Source: the human T2T-CHM13v2.0 reference genome, Homo sapiens. Taken from it: a stretch of DNA of 64,000 nucleotides. Position numbers and translations under genes: made by a program. Location: the NCBI RefSeq assembly GCF_009914755.1, contig NC_060937.1; one strand, given 5' to 3'. The notes under the pieces are model-generated. The model had not been told where the DNA came from, did no database searches, and saw only the letters and a program-made list of their open reading frames with translations. The first letter of the stretch is position 1. Each line of letters begins with the position of its first letter. Below are positions 38,346-51,122 of the stretch, in pieces.

Positions 38346-39238
38346 CTCCCTAGGCCACGGGCTGCAGTAATCCTGCTTGCCCTGTCCTGGTGGCCTGTGT
38401 CCCATCTCTTCCCCTACCATCTACCACTGAGGCACAGCTCACAGCACACAGCTGGCAGCCCAGATTCCACATGGACTCCAACCACCACAGCTGCACTCCA
38501 GTGTCACATTATGGAGCAGGGTCCCTGAACTGCAGGAGGAGAACCTGCAGGACTCCTGGGTAGGATTGCACTTTTGCAATAATGGAAATGGGAGCAATGT
38601 TTCAGCTACGTTTCTATTTATAATGGTGACAAAAAAATACTGCTGGATTCCCAGCATGGGTCTGGATAGCGTGCCAAAGAGTTCTCATTGTGACAGCCCA
38701 ACTCACTCAGAAACACCATGAGACACTTTTGGGTGTCCCTTCTGAAGACAGACACCGAAAGCATTGAAGAGAAAAACAGCTCTCAGTCTGAATAAAATTG
38801 TATTAAGAGGTTAAAGGTATCTGAAAGAAAAATTCAGATTACATATAATATTAGCCAAGTCGACCAGAAAATACTCCCCTGAGACAGTTTCTCTCTAAAC
38901 ACCCAAAATGCACAGCCGCTCTCAACACAAGAAACACAGTGTTATGAAGAAAGGGGGCATATTCTCAGCAGAATTTCTTAAGATTTTTCTTCCATCTCTG
39001 CTGCTCTCTCATCTGCTGGCCATTGGATTGAGGATCTACACTGGAACACATCAGGCAACCTTCGCCAGCACTTTTTGATAAAGGACTCTGTTTACATAGT
39101 AGAACTATATCTGAGATTGCAACATATCTAACTGAAGACTATTATGATTCATGAGTTTTGGGTAGTCACATCACTTGCATTGATTTGTTCTGTAAGAGTG
39201 GCATTCCAAATATAGTAAAACATAAGAATAGACTGTGA

Positions 39239-39565
<327 letters not shown>

Positions 39566-39570
39566 CTATC

Positions 39571-39882
<312 letters not shown>

Positions 39883-40220
39883 GACCTATTATTATATCTA
39901 TGGGATGAATTAATAAGCATGTCAGATTAATATCTACTGTAACAATTAGATAGTAAATTTTCTTTGGATATTAGATATAAATATCTAAGTATAAATAATC
40001 TTAATATACTAGTAATGGCATACATTTTTAAAATTATCTGTAACCTTAACTCAGTTGTAATTATATTTCAAAAGAATAAATACTGATATTAAAATTACTA
40101 TTTAAGGGATTTATTCATAGTAAATAGTGTGGTCTTATATTCACATGATTGTAGAAAATACTGTTTAATTTACATGGATGAATGTTGTCTACTGAAGACT
40201 ACATAAAACTATGTTAATTC

Positions 40221-40405
40221 TTTTTTTAATTTTTTTATTTAATTTTTTAAATTTATTATTATACTTTAAGTTTTAGGGTACATGTGCAAAATGTGCAGGT
40301 TTGTTACATATGTATACATGTGCCATGTTGGTGTGCTGCACCCATTAACTCATCATTTAGCATTTGGTATATCTCCTAATGCTATCCCTCACCCATCCCC
40401 CCACA
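40221..40405 (-). mobile_element. L1PA4-like 3'-end fragment (~150 bp plus tail)
   Basis: TTATTATACTTTAAGTTTTAGGGTACATGTGCA...GCCATGTTGGTGTGCTGCACCCATTAACTCATCATTTAGCATT...GCTATCCCTC; ends abruptly at the satellite. Confidence 0.93.
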
Positions 40406-40409
40406 CTGA

Positions 40410-43400
40410 CCTCACATAGGATTCCAGAACACTGCTGGGTTCTGAGTGTTTGTCCCTCACATAGGATTCCAGAACTGTTCTGTAATCCTTTGTAAGGGAT
40501 AAACATTCAGACCCTCGTAGCAGTGTTCCGGAATCCTATGTGAGGGACAAAAACTCAGAACCCAGCAGCAGTGTTCTGGAATTCTGTGTGAGCGACAAAC
40601 ATTCAGAACTTCGTAGCAGTGTTCTGGAATTCTATGTGAGGGACAAACACTCAAAACCCAGCAGCAGTGTTCTGGAATCCAATGTGAGGTACAAACACTC
40701 AGAACCCAGCAGCAGTGTTCTGGAATCCTATGTGAGGGAAAAACAGTCTGAACTCAGCAGCAGGTTTCCGGAATCCCATGAGAGGGACAAATACCCAAAA
40801 CCCAGCAGCAGTGTTCTGGGATCCTATGTGAGGGACAAACACTCAGAAGCAGTGTTCTGGAACCTTATGTGAGGGACAAGCACTCAGAACCCAGCAGCAG
40901 TGTTCTGGAATCCTATGTGATGGACAAACACCCAGAACCCATCCACTGTCTTCTGGAATCCTATCTGAGGGACAAACATTCAGACACTCGTAGAAGTGTT
41001 CTGGAATCCTATGTGAGGGACAAACACTCAGCAACCAGGAGAAGTGCTCTGAAATCCTTTGTAAGGGACAAACAAACAGAATCCAGTAGCAGGGTTCCAG
41101 AATCCTTTCTGAGGGAAAAACATTCAGACCCTCTTAGCAGTGTTCTGGAATCCTATGTGCGGGACATTCAGACCCTCATAGCAGTGTTCTGGAAACCAAT
41201 GTGAGTGCCAAACACTCAGAACCCAGCAGCAGTGTTCTGGAATACTTGGTAAGGAACAAACATTCAGACAATCGTAGCATTGTTCTGGAATCCTAAGTGA
41301 GGGACAAACACTCAGAAATGAGCTACAGTGTTCTAGAATTCTATGTAAGGAACAAACCCTCAGTACCGAGCGGCAGTGTTCTGGAATCCTATGTGAGGGA
41401 CAAACACTCAGAACAAAGCAGCAGTGTTCTGGAATCCTCTGTGAAAGACAAACACTCAGATCCCAGCAGCAGTGTTCTGATACCCTATGTGAGGGACAAA
41501 CACTCAGAACCCAGCCACTGTGCTCTGAAATCCTATCTGAAGGACAAACATTCGGAGCCTCGTAGAATTGTTCTGGAATCCTATGTGAGGGACAAACACT
41601 CAGAAACTTATAGCAGTGTTCTGGAATCCTTTGTGATGGACAAGCAAACAGAGCCCAGCAGCAGTGTTCTGGAATCCTATTTGACAGACAAACACTCAGA
41701 ACTCAGAAGCAGTGTTCTGGAATCCTTTGTGAGGGACAAACATTCAGAACCTAGTAGCAGTGTTCTGGAATTGTATGTGAGGGACAAACACTCAGAACCC
41801 AGCAGCTGTGTTCTGGAATCCTATGTGAGTGACAAACACTAAGAAACCAGCAGCAGTGTTCTAGACTCCTTTGTGAGGGACAAACATTCAGACCATCGAA
41901 GCAGTGTTCTGGAATCCTGTGTGAGGGACAAACACTCAGATCCAGCAGCAGTGTTCTAAAATCCTTTGTGATGGACAAAAATTCAGACCGTCGTAGCCGT
42001 TTTCTGGAATCCAAAGTGAGGGACAAACACTCAGAACCCAGCAGCAGTGTTCTGGAATCCCATGTGAGGGACAAACATTCAGAACCCAGCAGCAGTGTTC
42101 TGGAATACTCTGTGAGGGAAAAACATTCAGACCCTCGTAGCAATGTTCTGGAATCCTATATGAGGGGCAAACACTCAGAACCCAGCAACAGTGTTCTGGA
42201 GTCCTTTGTGAGGGAAAAACTTTCAGACCCTCGAAGCAGTGTTCTGGAATCCTATGTGAGGGACAAACACTCAGAACCCAGCAGCAGTGTTCTGGAATCC
42301 TGTGTGAGTGTCAAACATTCAGAACCCAGCAGCATTGTTCTGGAATCCTGTTTGAGCGACAAACATTCAGAACTTCGTACCTGTGTTCTGGAATGCTATG
42401 TGAGGGACAAACACAGAACCGAGCAGCAGTGTTCTGGAATCCTATGTGAGGGAGAAACACTCGGAACCCAGCAGCAGTGTTCTGGAATCCTATGTGAGGG
42501 TCAAACACTAAGAACCCAGCAGCAGTGTTCTGGAATCCTTTGTGAGGGACAAACATTCAGAACCTTGTAGCAGTGTTCTGGAATTTTATGTGAGGGAAAA
42601 CACTCTGAACCCAGCAGGAGTGTTTTAGAATCCCATGTGAGGGACAAACACACAGAACCCCGCAGCAGTGCTCTGGAATACTTTGTGAGGGACAAACATT
42701 GATACTCTCAAAGTAGTTTTCTGGAATCCATTGTGAGGGAGAAACAGTCAGAACCCACAGCAGTGTTATGAATCCTTTGTGACGGACAAACATTCAGACC
42801 ATCGTAGCAGTGTTCTGGTATCCTGAGTGAGGGACAAACACTCAGAAACCAGCAGCAGTGCTCTGGATTCCTTTGTGAGGGGTAAACAAACAGAACCCAA
42901 CAGGAGAGTTCTGGAATCCTATGTGAGGGACAAACACTCAGAACCCAGCAGCAGTTTTCTGGAATGCTTTGTGAGGGACAAGCATTCAGAAACTCGTAGA
43001 AGTGTTCTGGAAACGTATGTGCGTGACAAACACTAAGAAACCAGCAGAAGTGCTCCCGAATCCTTTGACAGGGACAAACAAATAGAAACCAGCCGCAGTG
43101 TTCTGGAAGCCTTTGTGGGGGAAAAACATTGAGACCCCCGTAGCAGTGTTCTGGAATCCTATATGAGGGACAAACACTCAGAACCCAGCAGCAGTGCTCT
43201 GGAAGCCTTTGTGGGGGAAAAACATTGAGACCCCCGTAGCAGTGTTCTGGAATCCTATATGAGGGACAAACACTCAGAACCCAGCAGCAGTGCTCTGGAA
43301 TCCTTTGTGAGGGACAAATATTCAGACACTCAGCAGTGTTCTGGAATCCTATGTGAGGGAAAAACATTCAGATCGTCGTAGCATTGTTGTGGAATTCTAT

Positions 43401-46400
43401 ATATGGGACAAACACTCAGAACCCAGCAGCAGTGCTCTGGAATCCTATGTGAGGGAAAAACACCCAGAACCCAGCAGGATTGTTCTGGAATGCTATGTGT
43501 GGGACAAACACTCAGAACCCAGCAGCAGTGCTCTGGAATCCTATGTGAGGGAAAAACACCCAGAACCCAGCAGGATTGTTCTGGAATGCTATGTGTGGGA
43601 CAAACACTCAGAACCCAGCAGCAGAGGTCTGGAATCCTATGTGAGCTACACTCAGAACACAGCAGCTGTGTTCTGCAATCCTTTGTGACGGACAAAGTTT
43701 CAGAACCTCACAGCAGTGTTCTGGAATCGTATGTGAGGGACACTCAGAACCCAGCAGCAGTGTTCTAGAATCCTTTGAGAGGGAAAAACATTCAGACCCT
43801 TGGAGCAGTGTTCTGGAATCCTATGTGATGGACAAACACTCAGAACCCAGCAGCAATATTCTGGATTCCTTTGTGATGGACAAACATTCTGACCCTAGTA
43901 GCAGTGTTCTGCAATCCTATGTGGGGGACAAACACTCAGAACCCAGCAGCTGTGTTCTGGAATCCCATGTGAGGGATAAACTCTCAGAACCCAGCAGCAG
44001 TGTTCTGTAATCCTATATGAGTGAGAAACACTCATAACCCTGCAGCAGTTTTGTAGATTCCACTGTGAGATACAAACATTCAGACCCTCGTAGAAGTGTT
44101 CTGGAATCCTATGTGAGGGAAAAACTCTCAGAAACCTGCAGCAGTGCACTGGAGTCCCTTGTGAGGGACAAACAAACACAACTGAGCAGCAGTGTTCTGG
44201 AATCCTTTGAGAGGCAAAAATATTCAGACCCTCGTAGCAGTGTTCTGGAATCCTATGTGAGGGACAAACACTCAGAACCCAGCAGCAGTATTCTGGAATC
44301 CTATGTGGGGGACAAACACAACCCAGCCGCAGAGTTCTAGAATCCTCTGTGAGCGACAAACATTCAGAAATTCATAGCAGTATTCTGAAATCCTATATGA
44401 GGGACAAACACTCAGAACCCAGCCACTGTGTTCTGGAATCCTATGTGTGGGACAATCATTCAGACCCTCGTAGCTGTGTTCTGTAATCCTATCTGAGGGA
44501 CAAACATTCAGACCTTCGTATCAGTGTTCTGGAATCCTATGTGAGGGACAAACTCTCAGAACCCAGCAGCACTGTTCTGGAATCCTATGTGAGGGACAAA
44601 CACTCAGTACCCAGCAGCAGTACTCTGGAATAATTTGTGAGGGACAAACGTTCAGATCCTCGTAGCAGTGTTCTGGAATCTTATGTGAGGGACAAACACT
44701 TAGAACCCAGCAGCACTGTTCTGGAATCCTATGTGAAGGACAAACACTCTTAACCCAGCAGGAGTGCTCTGGACTACTTTGTGAGGGACAAACATTCAGA
44801 CAATCATAGCAGTGTTCTGGAATCGTATGTGAGGGACAAACACTCAGAACCCAGCAACAGTGTTTTGGAATCCTATGTGAGGGACAAACCCTCAAACCTA
44901 GCAGCAGTGTTCTGTAATCCAATGTGAGGGGCAAACAGAGAGAACCCAGCAGCAGTGCTCTGTAATACTTTGTGAGGGACAACATTCAGATAATCGTAGC
45001 AGTGTTCTGCAATCCTATGTGAGAGACAAACCCAAAGAAACCAGCAGCAGTGTTCTGGAATCCTATGTGAGGGACAAACCCTCAGAACCTAGCGGCAGTG
45101 TTCTGGAATCCAATGAGAGGGACAAACACTCAGAACTCAGCAGCAGTGTTCTCTAATCCTTTGTGAGGGACAACATTAAGATCCTCGTAGCAGTGTTCTG
45201 GAATCCTATATGAGAGACAAACACTAAGAAACTAGCAGCAGTGTTCTGGAATCCTATGTGTGGGACAAACACTCAGAACCCAGCAGCAATGTTCTGGAAT
45301 CCTTTGTGAGGGTCAAACACTCAGACTCTCAGAGCAGTGTTCTGGAATCCTATGTGAGGGACAAGCATTCAGACCCTCATAGCACCATTCTGGAATGCTC
45401 TGTGAGGAACAAATATTCAGACCCTCATAGCAGTGTTCTGGAATCATATGTGAGGTACAAAATCTCAGAACTCAGCAGCAGTATTCTTTAATTCTATGTG
45501 AGAGACAAACCCTCAGAGCCCAGCAGCAGTACTCTGGAATAATTTGTGAGGGACAAACATTCAGACAATCACAGCAGTGTTCCGGAAACCAATGTGAGGG
45601 CCAAACACTCAGAACCCAGCAGCAGTGTTCTGGAATATTTGGTAAGGGACGAACATTCAGACAATCTTAGCAGTGTTCTGGAATCCAAAGTGATGGAGAA
45701 ACACTCAGAAACGAGCTGCAGTGTTCTAGAATTCTATGTGAGGGACAAACACTCAGAACCCAGCAGCAGTGTTCTGGAATCCTTAGTGAATGACAAACGC
45801 TCAGATCCCAGAAGTAGTGTTTTAGACTGGTTTGTGAGATACAAACATTCAGACCCTCAAAGCAGTGTTGTGGAATCCTATTTGAGGGACAAACACTCAT
45901 CACACAGCCACTGTGTTCTGGAATCCTATCTGAAGGACAAACATTCGGAGCCTCTTAGAAGTGTTCTGGAATCCTATGTGAGGGACAAACATTCAGAAAC
46001 CAGCAGCAGTGCTCTGGAATCCTTTGTGAGGGACAAACAAACAGAGCCAAGCAGCTGTGTTCTGGAATCCGATTTGATGGACAAACACTCAGAACCCAGC
46101 AGCAGTGTTCTGGAATCCTTTGTGAGGGACAAACACTCAGAACCCAGCAGCAGTGTTCTAGAATCCTATGTGAAGGACAAACACTCAGAGCCCAGCAGCA
46201 GTGTTCTGCAATCCTTTGTGAGGGTCAAACACTCAGACGCTCAGAACAGTGCTCCGTAATCCTATGTGAGGGATAAACACTCTGAACCCTGCAGCAGTGT
46301 TCTGGATTCATATGTGAGGGACAAGCATTCAGATCCCGATAGCCCTGTTCTGCAATGCTCTGTGAGGGTCAAACATTCAGAACCTCGTAGCAGTGTTCTG

Positions 46401-49400
46401 AAATACTATGTGAGGTACAAAGCCTCAGAACTCAGCAGTAGTGTTCTGGAATCCTATGTGAGTGACAAACACTCAGAAACCAGCAGCAATGTTCTAGAAT
46501 CCTTTGTGAGGGACAAACATTTAGACTCTCAAAGCAGTGTTCTGTTATCCTATGTGAGGGACACTCAGATCCAGCAGCATTGTTCTAGAATCTTTTGTGA
46601 TGGACAAACATTAAGGTCCTCGTAGCAGTTTTCTGGAATCCTATGTGAGGGGCAAACACTCAGAACCCAGCAGCAGTGTTCTGGAATCCAGTGTGTGGTA
46701 CAAACACTCAGAACCGAGCCAGTGTGTACTGGAATCCTATCTCAGGGCTAAACATTCAGACCTTCACAGAAGTGATCTGGAATCCTATGTGCGCAACAAA
46801 CACTAAATAACCAGCAGCAGTGCTCTGGAATCCTTTGTGAGGGACAAACAAACAGAAACCAGCAGCAGTGTTCTGGAAGCCTTTGTGAGGGAAGAACATT
46901 CAGACCCTCGTAGCAGTGTTCTGGAATCCTACGTGCGGGACAATCACTCAGAAGCCAGCAGCACTGTTCTGGAATCCTATGTGAAGGACAAATATTCAGA
47001 ACCCAGAATCAATGGATTCCTAAGTGAAGGATAAACTCTCAGAACTCAGCAGCAGTTGTCTGCAATCTTTTGTGAGGGACAAATATTGAGACTCTCAAAC
47101 CAGTGTTCTGGAATCCTATGTAAGGGACAAACATTCAGAGTCTCGTAGCAGTACTCTGGAATCCTATATGAGGTACAAACACGAAAAACCCAGCAGCAGT
47201 GTTCTGGAATCCTATGTGAGGGACAAACACTCAGAACCTAGCAACAGTGATCTGGAATCCTATATGAGGGACAAACATTCAGACCCTCGTAGCAGTGTTT
47301 TGGAATCCTTTGTGAGGGACAAACAATCAGGACCCAGCAGCTTTGTTCTGGAATCCTATGGGATAGACGAACACTCAGAACCCAGCATCAGTGTTCTGGA
47401 ATCCTTTGTGAGGGACAAGCAATCAGGACACAGCAGCTCTGTTCTGGAATCCTATGTGAGGGACAAACGTTCAGACCCTCGTATTAGTGTTCTGGAATCC
47501 TATGGGAGGGATCTACAAACAGAACCCAGTGACAGTGTTCTACAATCCTTTGTTAGGGAAAAACATTCAGACCCTCGTAACAGTTTTTTGAATCCTATGT
47601 GAGGGAAAAACATTCAGACCCTCATAGTAGTGTTCTGGAATCTTATTTGAGGGGCAAACACTCAGAACCCAGCAGCAGTGTTCTGGAATCCTTTGGGAGG
47701 GATAAACATTCAGACCCCCTTAGCAGTGTTCTGGAATCCTATGTGAGGGACAAACACTCAGAACCCAGCAGCAGTGTTCTGGAATCCTATCTGAAGGAAA
47801 ACATTCGGAACCTCTTAGAAGTTTTCTGGAATCCTATGTAAGGGACAAACACTCTGAAGCCAATAGCAGTGTTCTGGTATCCTATATGAGGGACAAACAT
47901 TCAGAACCCAGCAGAAGTGTTCTGGAATCCCATATGAGGGACAAACACTCACAAACCAGCAGCAAATGTTCTGGAATCCTATGTGAGGGACAAACATTCA
48001 GACCCTAGGAGCAGTGTTCTGGAATCCTATGTGAAGGACCAACAGTCAGAACCCAGTAGCAGTGTTCTGGAATCCTATGTGAGGGACAAGAATTCAGACA
48101 CTCGTAGCAGTGATACAGAATGCTTTCTGAAGGAAAAACATGCAGACCCTCATAGCAGTGTTCTGAAATCTTATGTGAGGGACAAACACTCAGAAGCCAG
48201 CAGCAGTGTTCTGGAATCCTTTGTGTCGGACAAACACTCAGAACTCAAAAGCAGTGTTCTGGAATCCCTTTGAGGGACAAACATTCAGACCCTCATAGCA
48301 CTGTTCTGGAATCGTATGTGAGGGACAAACTTTCAGAACCCAGCAGCAGTGTTCTGGAATCCTTGGTGAGGAATAAACTTTCAGACCCTCTGAGCAGTGT
48401 TTTGGGAATCCTATGTTTGGGACAAACACTCAGAACCTAGCAGCGGTGTTCTGCAATCCTATGTGAGGGACAAACACTCAGAACCCACAAGCGGTGCTCT
48501 GGACTCTTTGTGAGGGACAAACATTCCTACATTTTAGCAGTGTTCCAGAATCTCATGTGATAGATAAACACTCAGAACCCAGCAGCAGAGTTCTAGAATT
48601 CTACGTGAGGGACAAACCCTCGTAACCTAGCAGCTGTATTCTGCAATTCTAAGTGAAGGACAAACCTTCAGAACACAGCAGCAGTGTTCTCGTACTCAAT
48701 GACAGGGACAATCCCTCAGATCCCAGCAGCAGTTTTCTGGAAACCTATGTGAGGAACAAACACTCAGAACCCAGCAGCAGTGTTCTGGAATCCAATGTGA
48801 GGGACAAACACTCAGAAACCAGCAGCAGTGTTCTGGAATCCTATGTGAGGGACAAACACTCAGAACCCAGCAGAATTTTTCTGAAATCCTTTGTGAGAGA
48901 CAAACTTTCATAGCCCTGTAGCTGTGTTCTGGAATCCTATATGTGGAACAAACACTCAGAGCCCAGAAGCAGTGGCCTGGAATCCTGTGTGAGGGACAAA
49001 CACTCAGACCCTCGAAGCAGTGTTCTGGAATCCTTTGTTATGGACAAACCTTCAGGTGCTCATAGCAGTTTTCTGGAATCCCGTGTGAGGGACAAACACT
49101 CAGAACCCAGCAGCAGTGTTCTGGAGTCCTCTGTGAGTGACAAACACTCAGAAACCAGCAGCAGTGTTCCAGCATCCTTTGTGAGGGACAAACACTCAGA
49201 CTCTCGAAGCAGTGTTCTGGAATCCTATGTGAGTGACAAACACTCAGAACCCAGAAGCAGTGTTCTGGAATCCTATGTGAGGGACCAACACTCAGAACCC
49301 AGCCACTGTGTACTGGAATCCTATCTGAGGGACAAATATTCAAACCACCGCAGAAGTGTTCTGGAATCCTGTGTGTGGAACAAACACTAAGAAACCAGCA

Positions 49401-50072
49401 GCAGTGCTCTGGAATCCTTTGTGGGGGACAAACAAACAGAACCCAGCAGCGTTCTGGAATCCTTTGTGAGGGAAAAACTTTCAGACCCTCATAGCAGTGT
49501 TCTGGAATCCTATATCAGGGACAAACACTCAGAACCCAGCAGCAGAGTTCTGCAATCCTTTGTGAGGGAAAAACATTGAGACCCTCTTAGCAGTGTTCTT
49601 GAATCCTACATGAGGGAAAAACATTCAGACCCTCATAACATTGTTCTGGAATCCAATATAAGGGACAAGCACTCAGAACCCAGCAGCATTGTTCCAGAAT
49701 CCTACGTGAGGGACAAACACTCAGAACCCAGCAGCAGTGTTCTGGAATCCTATGTGAGCCACAAACATTCAGAACTTCATAGCAGAGTTCTGGAATCTTA
49801 TGTGAGGGACAAACACTCAGAACCCAGCAGCAGTGTTCTGGAATCCTATGTGAGGGACAAACACTCAGAACCCAGCAGCAGTGTTCTGGAATCCTTTGTG
49901 AGGGACAAACATTCAGAACCTCATAGCAGTGTTCTGGAATCGTATGTGAGGGATAACACTCTGAACCCAGCAGGAGTGTTTTTGAATCCCATGTGAGCAA
50001 CAATCACTCAGAACCCTGAAGCAGTGTTCTGGAATCCTATGTTAGTGACAAACTCTCAGAACCCAGAAGCAG
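40410..50072 (+). repeat. CER 48-bp centromeric-type satellite array, about 200 diverged monomers
   Basis: Monomer GTTCTGGAATCCTATGTGAGGGACAAACACTCAGAACCCAGCAGCAGT (48 bp) is repeated throughout; the ORF track shows 16-aa periodicity. The first ~66 bp are inverted. Confidence 0.95.
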
Positions 50073-50092
50073 AGGGAAAAGAAACTACCAAG

Positions 50093-51122
50093 TGTAGCCA
50101 AGATGGCCGAATAGGAACAGCTCCGGTCTACAGCTCCCAGTGTCAGCAATGCAGAAGACGGGTGATTTCTGCATTTCCATCTGAGGTACCAGGTTCATCT
50201 CAATAGGGAGTGCCAGACAGCAGATGCAGGACAGTGGGTGCAGTGCACAGTTCATGAGCCGAAGCAGGGTGAGGCACTGCCTCACTCGGCAAGTGCAAGG
50301 GGTCAGGGAGTTCCCTTTCCTAGTCAAAGAAAGGGGTGACAGACAGCACCTGGAAAATCGGGTAACTCCCACCATAATACTGCGCTTTTCTGATGGTCTT
50401 AACAAACGGCGCACCAGGAGATTATATCCTGCACCTGGCTCAGAGGGTGATACGCCCACGGAGTCTCGCTGATTGCTAGCACAGCAGTCTGAGATTAAAC
50501 TGCAAGGCAGCAGCAAGGCTTGGGGAGGGTCGCTCACAATTGCCCAGGCTTGCGTAGGTAAACAAAGTAGCCAGGAACTCGAACTGGGTGGAGCCCACCA
50601 CAGCTCAAGGAGGCCTGCCTGCCTCTTTAGGCTCCACCTCTGGGGGCAGGGCGCAGACAAACAAAAAGACAGCAGTAACCTCTGCAGACTTAAATGTCCC
50701 TGTCTGACAGCTTTGAAGAGAGCAGTGGTTCTCCCAGCACACAGCTGGAGATCTGAGAACAGGCAGACTCCCTCCTCAAGTGGGTCCCTGACCCCTGACC
50801 CCCAAGCAGCCTGACTGGGAGGCACCCCCCAGTACGGGCAGACTGACACCTCACATGGCCGGGTACTCCTCTGAGACAAAACTTCCAGAGGAACAATCAG
50901 ACAGCAGCATTCGCGGTTCATGAAAATCTGCTGTTCTGCAGCCACCACTGCTAATACCCAGGCAAACAGGGTCTGGAGTGGACCTCTAGAAAACTCCAAC
51001 AGACCTGCAGCTGAGGGTCCTGTCTGTTAGAAGGAAAACTTACAAACAGAAAGGACATAAACACCAAAAACCCATCTGTACATCACCATCATCAAAGACC
51101 AAAAGTAGATACAACCACAAAG
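50093..51122 (+). promoter_or_regulatory. L1 5'UTR: sense promoter with YY1 site and antisense promoter region
   Basis: YY1 motif AAGATGGCCG at 50100-50109 is visible. Bidirectional promoter activity is established for primate L1PA 5'UTRs but not shown for this copy. Confidence 0.7.

Noticed and set aside
38340-38560. GC-richer patch considered as the ZNF first exon or promoter
   Set aside because: It is CpG-poor and lacks the ATG|gtgag exon-1 end typical of this family.
40410-50072. CRISPR-like array or repetitive protein gene suggested by regular repeats and many ORFs
   Set aside because: The repeats are contiguous 48-bp monomers with no unique spacers, there are no cas genes, and the context is primate. 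The ORFs arise because 48 is a multiple of 3.
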